Below are positions 39,482 to 52,527 of a stretch of 64,000 nt of DNA, piece by piece. The translations under genes and the position numbers were made by a program. The DNA lies in contig OZ244937.1 in assembly GCA_965222075.1 (NCBI GenBank), positions 3,136,001 to 3,200,000 on the forward strand, read 5' to 3'. This stretch comes from Candidatus Latescibacterota bacterium (GTDB taxonomy: Bacteria > Latescibacterota > UBA2968 > GCA-2709665). Below the pieces are notes generated by a model. The model was given only the letters and a program-made list of their open reading frames with translations. It was not told where the DNA came from and searched no databases. The stretch's first letter is position 1. Each line of letters starts with the position of its first letter.

Positions 39482-40489
39482 ATGAGTACGATGCAAAGCA
39501 AACGGGTTGTATTCAGGGCGCAGGATAAGGTCCAGGTCGAACCGTTCGAGGTCGGAGCGCCCGGTCCGGGAGAGGTGCTGATCCGGACGGAAGTGACGCT
39601 GATCAGTCCAGGCACTGAGGGTGCCAACCTGATGGGGCTGCCCAATACGTCGCAGCGGTTTCCGAAGGGGGCAGGATATTCGAACGTGGGCAAGGTGCTG
39701 GAGGTGGGTGAGGGTGTGGAAGGGGTCGGACCGGGAGACCGGGTCACCTCCCACGGGGCGCACGCCAGCCATGTTATTGTGGGCGCAGACCGGTGTGCGG
39801 GGGTGCCGGAGGGGCTACCACCGGAGGCTGCGACCTTTTCCACCCTGACGGCCATCTCCATGCAGGGGGTGCGCAAGGCGCGGGTGGAGTTAGGCGAATC
39901 GGTGCTGGTTTTGGGGCAGGGGATCGTGGGGAATCTGGCGCTGCAGATCGCGCGGCTGCAGGGGGGGTATCCGGTGATCGGAGCGGACTTGGACGAGCGC
40001 CGGTTAGAGATCGCCCGGCAGGTGGGGGCGGATCACACGGTCCGGGTGGGTGTGGAGGATGTGGTGGGGGCCACGCAGGACCTCACGGATGGCGACGGCG
40101 CGCGGGTGGTGATCGAGGCGACGGGGGCCGCCGAGCCCGTAGTGGCGGCCTTTCAGGCCGCGGGCTGGTGCGGGCGTGTGGTGCTGCTGGCCAGCAGCCG
40201 GGGGGAGACGGAAAGGGTCAATTTTTACCGGGATGTGCACAAACGGGGGCTGACGGTCCTGGGCGCTCACAACTCGGTGCGCCCCAGGGTGGACGCCTCA
40301 CCCGGCTTCTGGTCGCTGGCGGAGGACGTGAAGCTGGGGCTGGCGCTGATGGCCGCCGGGCGCATCCGGGTGGACCCGCTGATAACCACCCGGGTTCCCT
40401 TCGACCAGGCCGCAGAGGCCTTCCACCTGGTAACCGAACAGCGGCGCGAGGCCCTCGGCATTCTGATCGACTGGAAGGAGACGGCATAA
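39482..40489 (+). CDS. MDR/zinc-binding alcohol dehydrogenase family (YcjQ-like)
   Basis: LISPGTE, GYSNVG, VLGQGIVG, IEATG. Confidence 0.85.
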   Translation: MSTMQSKRVVFRAQDKVQVEPFEVGAPGPGEVLIRTEVTLISPGTEGANLMGLPNTSQRFPKGAGYSNVGKVLEVGEGVEGVGPGDRVTSHGAHASHVIVGADRCAGVPEGLPPEAATFSTLTAISMQGVRKARVELGESVLVLGQGIVGNLALQIARLQGGYPVIGADLDERRLEIARQVGADHTVRVGVEDVVGATQDLTDGDGARVVIEATGAAEPVVAAFQAAGWCGRVVLLASSRGETERVNFYRDVHKRGLTVLGAHNSVRPRVDASPGFWSLAEDVKLGLALMAAGRIRVDPLITTRVPFDQAAEAFHLVTEQRREALGILIDWKETA

Positions 40490-40508
40490 CGCTCAAATCG
40501 GCACGCAC

Positions 40509-40548
40509 AAAAAATCAAGGCCCGACGGAGCATTCCGCCGGGCCTTTT
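40509..40548. terminator. intrinsic terminator between convergent genes
   Basis: AAGGCCCGACGGA-GCAT-TCCGCCGGGCCTT flanked by A and T tracts. Confidence 0.7.
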
Positions 40549-40588
40549 CCTATCAGTCGTCGGTTGTCTGCATCTCTGCGGTGGCTGT

Positions 40589-42478
40589 CTACGGCGCTTC
40601 GGGAAAGTGGACTTTGTGGATTTCTTCGACCTGTTCGGGGGGAACGGGTTTGGAGAGGCCCACGTAGAAGGCGAGGTACCACATGACGAAGATACCGAAG
40701 CAGAGCATGAGGAGCTGCCAGACCCAGAGAGAGGGCAGGCCGAAGGGGGTCCAGGTGGCGGGCAGGTTCGGATCGGAAAAGAGGGTGTTGCCCACCACAG
40801 CGAAGGGGCCGAAGCCGACGAGGAACCAGATGACGGTGAGGGCCCAGGCTAAGGGGACGTGTCTGCGCCGGTCTTCGGGGATGCCGGAGACGGCCTGGAG
40901 GAAGCGGTGGTGTTTCGCTTTGGCGGCCTGCGCCTCACCGGTGTCGGGGAAGGCGAAGGAGACGATGAGGGTGACCAGGAGGTTGAAGAGAATGCCCCAG
41001 CCGGCGCTGTGGACTGTGAAGGGGTAGGGCCCCCAGGGCAGGCCGAAGAGGGCGACGGTCCGGTCGGTGAGGGTGACGGCGATCAGGCCGGCGACAAGGC
41101 CCCAGACAACGCCTTTTCGGGTGAGGCGCGGGAAGTAGCAGATGCCCATGAGGGCGGGATACATCTGGAAGCCGTACGCGACGGCGAGGCCGCCGAGCAT
41201 GACAATCGCGCCTGTGAACGTGGCGGCAACGGTGAGCGCGGCGAGAGCGACGAAGATGACGAAGATGCGGCCGCAGAGTTTCTGCACCCTGTCCGAGGCG
41301 TCGGGTGAGATATAGCGGCGGTAGATGTCGCGGGTGACCATGCCGCTGAAGGTGGACATGTAGGCGGCGCCGGTGCTTTGCATAGCGGCTAAGGCACAGA
41401 CGGCCAAGAGGCCGACGAGCCAGGGGACGCTTTGGGAGAGGAGGTTGATGAGCTGCGGGACGAGGTCTTTGTCGGTTGCACTTTCAAACACGCCGTTGGC
41501 GATCAGGATGTTGCCGCCCAGGCCCTGAAAGATGGTGAATGAGAAGAGGATAATGCCGATGACGATGGAGGAGGCCGCGACCTGCTGCCACCGGAAGGGC
41601 CGGCTCGTCCGGTTGGAGAAGGCCCACATGGAGAAGGCGGGGGAGGACTGGATGCCCATGAGAGCAAACATGTAGGTCATGCACATGATGCCGGTCCAGA
41701 CGCTGCCTTTTGCTTCTGAACCGGAAGAAACAAACTGAACCGCGCCGGGAATGGCGATATTTCGGGAGTGCCCGGCGGGGGTGAGGTTGTTTTTGGCGGC
41801 AAGGTCCTGTTGCACCAGATTGGCGATGCCTTCGGTAAAGCCCGACCATCCACCGGAGAAGCTGATGGCGATGCACCCCAGGATAACGATGCCGAGGGCG
41901 AGGAGAACGCACTGGACGCAGTCGACGTAGGCGACCGAGCGGAGGCCGCCGGCGGCGACGTAGATGATGACGATGGCGGAGAGGGCGAACATGCCGAATT
42001 CGAGGCTGACCAGGCCGTCGGTGAGGGTGTGGAAGAGGTCGCCGGAGGCCCGGAGCTGGACGCCGAGATAGGGGACGCTGAAGAGGGCGGCGACCAGCAC
42101 GGTGAGGAGGCGCATGGCGTTGCCGCCGTAGTAGTCGCTGTACATTTCGCCGGGTGTGATGTGCTGGAATGCCCGTCCGATAATCCACTGCCGCCTGAGG
42201 AAGAGGACGCCGGTGAAGGGGATGGTGAGGGCGTAGAAGGAGGCGAAAGCGTAGGGGAGGCCGTCTCTGAGGATGAGGCCGGGGTGGCCGATAAAGGTCC
42301 AGCCGGAAAAGCTGGTGGCGGTGGCGGCCAAGACAAAGACCCACAGGCCGATGGTGCGGCCGGCCACGAAGTAGTCGGCAGATGTACGGGAGCTGATCGC
42401 GCCTTTGATGCCCCAGAAGAGGCAGTAGGCCCAGTAGATGCCGACAAATACGAGGAGCCAGACGAGTTTTACTTCCAC
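40589..42478 (-). CDS. sodium:solute symporter (SSS)
   Basis: DYFVAGR, TSFSGWTFIGHPG, GGLRSVAYVD, AAMQST; many TM segments. Confidence 0.9.
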   Translation of the reverse strand: MEVKLVWLLVFVGIYWAYCLFWGIKGAISSRTSADYFVAGRTIGLWVFVLAATATSFSGWTFIGHPGLILRDGLPYAFASFYALTIPFTGVLFLRRQWIIGRAFQHITPGEMYSDYYGGNAMRLLTVLVAALFSVPYLGVQLRASGDLFHTLTDGLVSLEFGMFALSAIVIIYVAAGGLRSVAYVDCVQCVLLALGIVILGCIAISFSGGWSGFTEGIANLVQQDLAAKNNLTPAGHSRNIAIPGAVQFVSSGSEAKGSVWTGIMCMTYMFALMGIQSSPAFSMWAFSNRTSRPFRWQQVAASSIVIGIILFSFTIFQGLGGNILIANGVFESATDKDLVPQLINLLSQSVPWLVGLLAVCALAAMQSTGAAYMSTFSGMVTRDIYRRYISPDASDRVQKLCGRIFVIFVALAALTVAATFTGAIVMLGGLAVAYGFQMYPALMGICYFPRLTRKGVVWGLVAGLIAVTLTDRTVALFGLPWGPYPFTVHSAGWGILFNLLVTLIVSFAFPDTGEAQAAKAKHHRFLQAVSGIPEDRRRHVPLAWALTVIWFLVGFGPFAVVGNTLFSDPNLPATWTPFGLPSLWVWQLLMLCFGIFVMWYLAFYVGLSKPVPPEQVEEIHKVHFPEAP

Positions 42479-42587
42479 GGCGTGTGTCCCTCCCTTGATG
42501 GGGAAGTGAAAAATATAAAATAGGAGACCCCTTCAAGTTATGGTGAATTTTTGCATTTTGCAATGAAATTTTTGCATTTCCCATTTT

Positions 42588-43871
42588 TTACCAGGCCGTC
42601 ATAGCGTCTTTGAACATGGCGTGCAGGTCCTCCGCGCTTGCGGGGCGGGGGGAGAGTTTGGTGACGCGGTGCTGGGGCAGGGTGCCTTCGACGAGGGCGG
42701 GGATGTCGGCTTCGGTGAAGCCGACCGCGCAGAGGCCGTTGGGCATTTCGAGCTGCTTCATCAGGGCGACGATGCGGTCGGCGAGGATGGGACCGGCTTG
42801 GGCCTCAGGGTCCGGGACGGCTGAGGTGGCGGCGCCGAGGTGGTCAGCGGCTTTGAGGTGGCGGTCAGGACAGGCGGGGCCGGTGAAACGGAAGACGGCC
42901 GGGGCGTTGAGGACGACGGATATGCCGTGGGGAACGATGGGGTGGTCGGTGATAAATTCTGGGGGGCTGTAGTCGCGGACCATGCCGGATACGGGGTAGG
43001 ACATGCCGTGGGGAAGGTGGCATCCGGCGTTGCCAAAGCCCATGCCGGCCATGCTGGAAGCAAGGATCATGTGGCTTCTGGCCTCATCGTCGTCCGGGTC
43101 GGCGACGGCGCGGACGAGGTATTCGGCCACGAGTTCGATCGCTTTTAGGGACCAGATGTCGCTGATGGGGTTGGTGCCTTGGTAGGCGGGGCGAAGGATG
43201 GGGCGGTCCGGCAGGGGGCGCTGGTCGTAGGGGATAGCGGTGTAGGATTCGAGGGCGTGGCAGAGTACGTCCAGGCCGGTAGAGGCGGCCACGACGGGGG
43301 GCATGGTGCGGGTGTTTTCGGGATCAACGATGCCCAGGGTGGGCTTGAGGCGGCGGTGGGCGATGCCGGTTTTCGCATGCTGTTCGGTCAGGTCGAAGAT
43401 GGTCACGCCGGTGGTTTCACTTCCGGTGCCGGCGGTGGTGGGAACCGCGATGAGGGGTTTTAGGGGGCCGGGCACGGGCTTGCCCTCCCCGATGGGGGCG
43501 TTGACATAGGCGAGGAAGTCGTCCGGGTAGGTCGAATAGAGGTTGGCGGCCTTTGCCGTGTCTATGGAGGAGCCTCCACCAACGGCGACAAAGACGTCGA
43601 AGCTGCCCTCGGCCGCAAAGGCGATGGCCTCCTTGAAGGAAGTGTCGGTGGGTTCGACCCGGACGTGGTCGAAGAGGGCGAAGTCGACACTTTCACGCTT
43701 GAGGGATTCGATCACCGCCTGGACCGGGGGTAGCCCCGCGAGGTTGGGGTCGGTGACGAGCATGGCGCGTTTGACGCCCAGGTCGGCGAGGTCCATGCCA
43801 ATTTCCCGCGTGGCGCCGGGGCCGAAGCGGAGGTTGGAAGCAGCCATTTCGAAGGCGTAGTCTTGTTCCAT
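42588..43871 (-). CDS. hydroxyacid-oxoacid transhydrogenase (HOT, iron-containing ADH family)
   Basis: YAFEMAASNLRFG, GGGSSIDTAK, PTTAGTGSETT, RPAYQG, HLPHGMSYPVSG, VPHG. Confidence 0.88.
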   Translation of the reverse strand: MEQDYAFEMAASNLRFGPGATREIGMDLADLGVKRAMLVTDPNLAGLPPVQAVIESLKRESVDFALFDHVRVEPTDTSFKEAIAFAAEGSFDVFVAVGGGSSIDTAKAANLYSTYPDDFLAYVNAPIGEGKPVPGPLKPLIAVPTTAGTGSETTGVTIFDLTEQHAKTGIAHRRLKPTLGIVDPENTRTMPPVVAASTGLDVLCHALESYTAIPYDQRPLPDRPILRPAYQGTNPISDIWSLKAIELVAEYLVRAVADPDDDEARSHMILASSMAGMGFGNAGCHLPHGMSYPVSGMVRDYSPPEFITDHPIVPHGISVVLNAPAVFRFTGPACPDRHLKAADHLGAATSAVPDPEAQAGPILADRIVALMKQLEMPNGLCAVGFTEADIPALVEGTLPQHRVTKLSPRPASAEDLHAMFKDAMTAW

Positions 43872-43910
43872 AAGGTGGTTTCCCTCAGGGATAGCGTGTG
43901 GAAAGATAAA

Positions 43911-45848
43911 TCAAGGGGCAATTTCCTTGACATAACCGAATTTTTGTATTCCGCTCAAAAGTATAAACAATGCCAAACCGGCGATATGGAAGATAATGTC
44001 GGGCCAGAGGAGCAGGAAGGCGGCCAGGGCGAACAGGAGCCTCGGGAAACGGTTGAGCCGGGTAAGGTGGAAGCCTTCAAAAACGATGGCAAACGCCAGA
44101 AGACCCAGGGTAGCGCTGATGACGGTTTCCAGGACGCGCCAGAGTTCTCCTTCGAACAGGATGGGGGTATAACAGAAGAGCAGGGGGATGATGTAGAGCC
44201 CTTTGGCAATTTTCCAGGATTCGATCCCCGTTCTGAGCGGACTGCTGCCCGCAATTCCGGAGGCGGAATAGGCTGCCAGGCAGATAGGAGGGGTGACGTT
44301 GGCGTCCTGGGAGTACCAGAAGATGAGCATGTGGGCGGCCAGGCGGCTGACGCCGAGGTCTGTGAGGGCTGGCGCGGCCAGGACCGCCAGGACGATGTAG
44401 GAGGCGGTGACGGGCAAGCCCATGCCCAGGATGAGCGAAGCGGCGGCGATCAGGACGATGGTGATCAGGAGGCTGCTGCCGGAGATGCCGGCGATGAGGA
44501 GGGAGAATGTGACGCCGACGCCCACCAGGAGAACTACACCCACAACGATGCCGGCGCAGAGGAGGATGACACCGGTTGTGACCATATTTTTTGCGCCCAG
44601 GGCGAGGGCGTCCAGGATGTCTTTAAGGCCCATGCGGGTGTGGGGGTTCAGCCAGCTGGACAGGACGATGCCCAGGATGCTCGCGGATGCGGCGAAGGTG
44701 GGGGTGAATCCGTAGATGAGGAGGCCGACCAGCGCCCCGATCGGAATGAAGAAGTTCCACCCCTCTTTCAGGACGTCTGTGATTTTGGGGAGCTCGTTTT
44801 TTTTGAGTGGTCTGATGCCCTGCTTTTTCGCTCTGAGGTGGACGAAAAAGGTCACGCTGAGGAAGTAGATCGCCGCCGGGATAAAGGAGACGCCGACGAT
44901 TTTCAGGTAGGAGATCTGCGTCCACTGGCTCATGATAAACGCGCCGGCGCCCATAATAGGGGGCATGAGCTGGCCGCCGGTTGAGGCGGCGGCTTCAACG
45001 GCCGCCGAGAACGTGGGTGAGAATCCAATGCGTTTCATCATGGGGATGGTCAGCGATCCGGACCCCACGGTGTTTGCAACGGCGCTACCGGAGATAGACC
45101 CCAGCAGACCGCTGGCAAAGACCGCCATTTTGGCCGGGCCTCCCACGGCGCCTCCCAGAAGGGCGAGGGCGAGTTTGATCATAAACTCTCCGGCGCCGGA
45201 TTGGATGAGGAAGGCGCCGAAGAGGACAAAGAGGAAGACGAAGGTGGATGACACAGTGGCAACGGTTCCGAATATGCCGTCGGGGGCAAAGTACATACGA
45301 TAGAGCAGGCGGGTCAGGGAGACGCCCGGAAAGTTCCAGAGTCCACTGAGGAACTGCCCCCAGTATAACGCGTATGTCAGAAAGACGATGGCAAGGACCG
45401 GGATAAAGAGGCCGGATGTGCGGCGCGTGATTTCCAGCAGCAGGACGATCGCGATTCCGGCGAAGATGAGGTCTGCTGTGTTCGGGACCTGGTTCCGTGC
45501 ATGGAGGGCGTCCTCGAAGAAGACCAGGTAGAACGCGGTGAGGCAGGATAAGACCGCGAGCCCGTAATTGAGTTTTGGGGAGCGGGCGATACGTTTCTGG
45601 GATCCGGGATAGAGGATATAGCCCAGGAAGAGGACAAAGCCGAAGTGGATCGCGTTTCGCCGGATTTCGGGCATCACACCAATGGTATTGACCCAGAGAT
45701 GGAACAGGGACATGAGGATTGCCGCCCCATAGACGACCCCCGCGTTCCAGCCCGACAGGGTTCTCTGGGCAGCGAGAACCTCACCGCTTGTGTCACTCTG
45801 GGGGTGCGGCGAACCACCGATGTCGGCTTCTGGGTGCAATGTTGCCAT
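43911..45848 (-). CDS. TRAP transporter fused 4TM/12TM permease (TAXI-associated)
   Basis: GGPAKMAV, ISGSAVAN, EAAASTGGQLMPPIMGAGAF, LGMGLP, NVTPP. Confidence 0.92.
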   Translation of the reverse strand: MATLHPEADIGGSPHPQSDTSGEVLAAQRTLSGWNAGVVYGAAILMSLFHLWVNTIGVMPEIRRNAIHFGFVLFLGYILYPGSQKRIARSPKLNYGLAVLSCLTAFYLVFFEDALHARNQVPNTADLIFAGIAIVLLLEITRRTSGLFIPVLAIVFLTYALYWGQFLSGLWNFPGVSLTRLLYRMYFAPDGIFGTVATVSSTFVFLFVLFGAFLIQSGAGEFMIKLALALLGGAVGGPAKMAVFASGLLGSISGSAVANTVGSGSLTIPMMKRIGFSPTFSAAVEAAASTGGQLMPPIMGAGAFIMSQWTQISYLKIVGVSFIPAAIYFLSVTFFVHLRAKKQGIRPLKKNELPKITDVLKEGWNFFIPIGALVGLLIYGFTPTFAASASILGIVLSSWLNPHTRMGLKDILDALALGAKNMVTTGVILLCAGIVVGVVLLVGVGVTFSLLIAGISGSSLLITIVLIAAASLILGMGLPVTASYIVLAVLAAPALTDLGVSRLAAHMLIFWYSQDANVTPPICLAAYSASGIAGSSPLRTGIESWKIAKGLYIIPLLFCYTPILFEGELWRVLETVISATLGLLAFAIVFEGFHLTRLNRFPRLLFALAAFLLLWPDIIFHIAGLALFILLSGIQKFGYVKEIAP

Positions 45849-45883
45849 AGGTCAGGTAGATGGTCGGGCACATGGAGGTGGCC

Positions 45884-46873
45884 TCAAGGGCGACCGGCAA
45901 GGGGGGGCGGAATTTCAAGCCCCTGCTCCCTGTAGAATTTCGCTGCGCCGGGGTGGAGGGGGACAGACAGCCCCTCGATGGCCCTGTCCAGGGCCATGGC
46001 CGTGGTTGCTTTGTGGACGTTTTGAAGAAAGGGGAGGTTTTTATAGATGGTTTGGGTGACCAGGTATACCACGTCATCGGACAGGTCGGCGTGGCAGGCC
46101 AAAAAATTGGGTTGGGCAACCGTATGGATCGGCTCTGTCTGTCCCGGATAGGTTCCAGGCGGAATGACATATCTGTTCCAGACCGGATAGGCGCCCCGGA
46201 TGGAGACGACCTGCTGGTCGGTAAATTCCAGTACGGTGACCCTATCCTCGCCCATCTGGGCGTATACCTGCGTGACCGCAGCAACCGGGGGGCCGGCGGG
46301 CAGGGTGGCGCCGATAATCCGGCCGTCCATCATCGCCTGTGCAGAAGGACCATAGCCGAGGTATTCGGGGACCATGTCCGTTTCCGGGTCGATTCGCAGG
46401 GCGCTGAAGATGGTCCGGCTGGAGCCTTCGGTGCCGCTTCCTCTTTTGCCGATGGAGTATTTCCCGTTGAGATTTTTCAGGTCCAGGATGTTTCCGGTTG
46501 TTGCGTATTTTTTTGAGAGGACGAAATGTTCAACATTTTCCCACAGCATGGTGATCGAACGGAAGTCACGAAAAGGCCTGCCTGCGTACGGCCCTTTGCC
46601 GTCGTATGCCATGGCTCCGAACAGCCCCTGGAGGATCGCAAAATGGACTTCTCTGTTGGCCAGCATCTGAATATTTTCACCCGAACCGGCGGAGTTGATT
46701 GCAGAAGCCGTGATACGGGGCTGTAATTTGCTGCTGATCAGAGTGCCAATTGCAACCCCAACCGGATAGTAGGTGCCCCCGGGGGTTGCAGTGGCGATGA
46801 TCAGGTTGTTGGATTTTTCAGGCGAACAGGACAGGAGGAACAGACCCGCAGCAACCAAAACGGCAAATCGCAT
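45884..46873 (-). CDS. TAXI family TRAP solute-binding lipoprotein
   Basis: Lipobox LLSC, ATATPGGTYY, SAGSGEN, GSGTE, PLHPGAAKFYRE. Confidence 0.92.
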   Translation of the reverse strand: MRFAVLVAAGLFLLSCSPEKSNNLIIATATPGGTYYPVGVAIGTLISSKLQPRITASAINSAGSGENIQMLANREVHFAILQGLFGAMAYDGKGPYAGRPFRDFRSITMLWENVEHFVLSKKYATTGNILDLKNLNGKYSIGKRGSGTEGSSRTIFSALRIDPETDMVPEYLGYGPSAQAMMDGRIIGATLPAGPPVAAVTQVYAQMGEDRVTVLEFTDQQVVSIRGAYPVWNRYVIPPGTYPGQTEPIHTVAQPNFLACHADLSDDVVYLVTQTIYKNLPFLQNVHKATTAMALDRAIEGLSVPLHPGAAKFYREQGLEIPPPLAGRP

Positions 46874-46987
46874 GGCGTGACCTCGATTCAAAGGGTATCT
46901 ATGACTATGCTATCACTATCTAATAAAGAAACCGGATGTATCCCGTCAAGTAAAATCTTTGGTTTCTGCGGTTGGAAAAATGTGAAA

Positions 46988-47003
46988 TGTGAATTTGTTC
47001 ACG
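46988..47003. promoter_or_regulatory. candidate CRP/FNR- or Rex-type operator
   Basis: TGTGA-ATTTGT-TCACG in the AT-rich divergent intergenic region. Confidence 0.4.
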
Positions 47004-47037
47004 TTTGAATGGTTATGTAAGGTAAGGGAATTGAGGC

Positions 47038-47066
47038 TTGACAACGCCTTATGGGATCTCTATACT
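47038..47066 (+). promoter_or_regulatory. sigma70-type promoter
   Basis: TTGACA-17 bp-TATACT, 30 bp upstream of the TPR start, with AGGAGG RBS. Confidence 0.8.
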
Positions 47067-47096
47067 TCATTTGAGATACGATCAGGAGGGCTGTTT

Positions 47097-50228
<3,132 letters not shown>

Positions 50229-50236
50229 GGAAGAGG

Positions 50237-50280
50237 AAGTTCAAAGTTCAAAGTTGGTGGTGGAAACTTTGAACCTTGAC
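50237..50280. repeat. inverted heptamer repeats (AAGTTCA / TGAACTT type)
   Basis: aagttca-aagttca-aagtt facing aactttg-aaccttg. Confidence 0.6.
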
Positions 50281-50287
50281 GGGTAGC

Positions 50288-50317
50288 AAGCACGGGAAAG
50301 AATCCCGTGCTTTTTTT
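50288..50317 (+). terminator. intrinsic terminator
   Basis: AAGCACGGGA-AAGAA-TCCCGTGC-T7. Confidence 0.8.
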
Positions 50318-50321
50318 GTCC

Positions 50322-51836
50322 CTATGGAGAAGCGCCGAAGTTTTCGGCGAAGATAACGAAGTCGGAAAAGGCGACGCGGCGGTCGCCGTCTAAGTCGTAG
50401 GTGGGAGTAAAACCGGGGTCTGCGGTTGTGTAGCCGAAGTTTCTGGCGAAGAGGACGAAGTCTGTAAAGTCGACTTTGCCGCTGGCGTCGAAATCGGAGG
50501 CGGCCACAGACGTTCCGTCTAAGGGAACGATGGTGAAGGTGTAGTCTTCGGTTTCGCCGGAGGTGCGGGTGACGGCTAAGGTGCGGGCATCCGGCCCGAA
50601 CGCGTTGATGCGCTTTCGGGCACCGGCCGGGATGGACAGGGAGGTGACGGCCGGTCCGGTGTCCCGTTCGGCGATAAGGACGGTTAGCAGGTCGCTGTCT
50701 CCGGCGCCGGTGATGTCTATGGAGAGGCCGGGAGAGGCCTCCAGGGCAAGGTAGTCAGTGCCCCAGAGCCCTACTTTCCGGGTGCGGTTCTGTGTGGGGA
50801 CGGCGACGGTGGACCGGTGGACCGGACCGAGGTCGAGACGCTGGTAGCCGAGGTGTGCCGGGCCGTCTAAGTAGGTTGCGGCCATCCAGTCTGCAAAGAG
50901 GGTCTCGAAGCGCTGTGAGGTGTTGCGGGACGCCAGCACCCCGTTGATGCCGGCAATTCCGTTTTCAGGTTCGGAAAGGAGGGGTTTGAGAACGGCTTCG
51001 CCGGAACGCTGGACAAAATAGGTCATCCAGAGGAAGGACTGGTCGAAGTGGAAGGGGAGGTCTTCCCAGAGGGTGAGGCTGGTGTAGGGATACTCCAGGA
51101 AGGCCGCTGCCGCAGTTTGCGTCGTGTCCTTGTACCCGCAGGCGAGTTCGGCGTATTCGGAGCAGCCTTCGTCCACCCATTTGTCTTCGTCGGGGTCGGC
51201 CCACCAGTGGAGCATGTGCTGGAATTCATGGGTGAGGGTGGCCCGGGCGAGGGTGCCGGTGATATCCAGCGGATGGGTGTCAATATAGAGGATTTCACGC
51301 GAGGTGGGCGGGCCCTGGTTTTCGGTGTCGAAATATCCAACAAAGGTGGTGCCGGTAATGGGGCTGTCGAGGATGTCGAGGAGTACGATGAGGATGCGGG
51401 AGTCGCCGTCCACGTCGGGAGGGGGGCCAAAGAGGTCTGTGTCGATTGAGTAGATGCCGCGGCCGGCGTCTCTGGGGGTGGTCCGGTCGAAGGCGCCGGC
51501 CAGGGAGTCGATGCCGGCCTGGGTGAGTGTCCCCCATACCTCGTCTTCGACGAAGATATAGCAGTGCCGGCCGACGAAGCGGCAGGTGGTGGTGGTCTGG
51601 TAGTGCCCTTTGTCGCCCAGGCGGAAGCTGAAGGCGGGAACGGTGAGGGGGTCGCCGACTTTGAAGGGCTGGACGGCCTGGAGTTTGGCGGCCACCCGCG
51701 GCAGGGATCCGGGCCGGGGCAGAAGGAGGGTGCCGCACACCGGGAGGAGGGGGTCCGCAAGGGCGGGTGTAGCGCCCAGGAGGAGGAGACAGGCAAAGAT
51801 GGCAGCAGCCGGGGAAGGGTTCCACTTCATAACCAT
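50322..51836 (-). CDS. secreted M30-like metallopeptidase with C-terminal dockerin/EF-hand-like duplicated motif
   Basis: Signal peptide, DVDGD, GYF, THEFQHM (HExxH), WVDEGCSE; tail DFDASGKVDFTDFVLFARNFG...DLDGDRRVAFSDFVIFAENFG. Confidence 0.8.
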   Translation of the reverse strand: MVMKWNPSPAAAIFACLLLLGATPALADPLLPVCGTLLLPRPGSLPRVAAKLQAVQPFKVGDPLTVPAFSFRLGDKGHYQTTTTCRFVGRHCYIFVEDEVWGTLTQAGIDSLAGAFDRTTPRDAGRGIYSIDTDLFGPPPDVDGDSRILIVLLDILDSPITGTTFVGYFDTENQGPPTSREILYIDTHPLDITGTLARATLTHEFQHMLHWWADPDEDKWVDEGCSEYAELACGYKDTTQTAAAAFLEYPYTSLTLWEDLPFHFDQSFLWMTYFVQRSGEAVLKPLLSEPENGIAGINGVLASRNTSQRFETLFADWMAATYLDGPAHLGYQRLDLGPVHRSTVAVPTQNRTRKVGLWGTDYLALEASPGLSIDITGAGDSDLLTVLIAERDTGPAVTSLSIPAGARKRINAFGPDARTLAVTRTSGETEDYTFTIVPLDGTSVAASDFDASGKVDFTDFVLFARNFGYTTADPGFTPTYDLDGDRRVAFSDFVIFAENFGASP

Positions 51837-51847
51837 TGATCTCCACC

Positions 51848-52492
51848 TTAGAATCTGATCCGCACCCGGCCCTGTAGACCGCCGTCGGGGTGGGGGACGA
51901 GCGCCATCCGGACCGTTTGGGGCGGTGTGGTTTGGGTTTTCCGGGCAATGCGGGCGGCGTTGAGGACGCTGGCAAACCGGTTGAAGATGAGCGCACCGGC
52001 GAAGAGGAAGGCCTTCTGGCCGGCCCAGGTTTTTTTGCTTCTGAGGGTCTGGAATTTTAAACGCGAGGCCTCGGAGTCCCACTCCCAGATGTTGTCCGGC
52101 GTTTCGGGTCTGAGTTCCCCCAGGTCTCCGGAGACGTACTCCTCATAGGCGTTTCGGGCGTAGATGCTTCGGAACCGTTCGAGCTCGTCAAAGTAGACGT
52201 TCGGCTTTCCACCCGTGTGGGCGCCGGCATGGGCCGCTGCAAAGGATTTGAAGGTGGTCTCCCGGGCAGAGGCCAGCGCCCGGAAGGCGAAGAGGCCGGT
52301 CCAGAAGGTGCCTTCGGTGAAGAGGAAGAATCGCCCGGACTTCCCACCCCCCGCGTAGAGCTCCCCCGTTCCGGGCAGGAGAAGGGAGAGGAAAGCGGCC
52401 TTGCGGGGGGATTTGGGGCCGTTTGCGTATGAAGGAATGGAAAAGGACGCAAGCAGGGAGAGGATGAGGAGACAGGCTACGAAACGTGTCAT
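51848..52492 (-). CDS. DUF5683-like exported/membrane protein
   Basis: Signal peptide, KSPRKAAFLSLLLPGTGELY, C-terminal beta strand ending RIRF. Confidence 0.7.
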   Translation of the reverse strand: MTRFVACLLILSLLASFSIPSYANGPKSPRKAAFLSLLLPGTGELYAGGGKSGRFFLFTEGTFWTGLFAFRALASARETTFKSFAAAHAGAHTGGKPNVYFDELERFRSIYARNAYEEYVSGDLGELRPETPDNIWEWDSEASRLKFQTLRSKKTWAGQKAFLFAGALIFNRFASVLNAARIARKTQTTPPQTVRMALVPHPDGGLQGRVRIRF

Positions 52493-52527
52493 TGCCGGTT
52501 CCGGAAATATGGCTTTCAGAGAATGGG

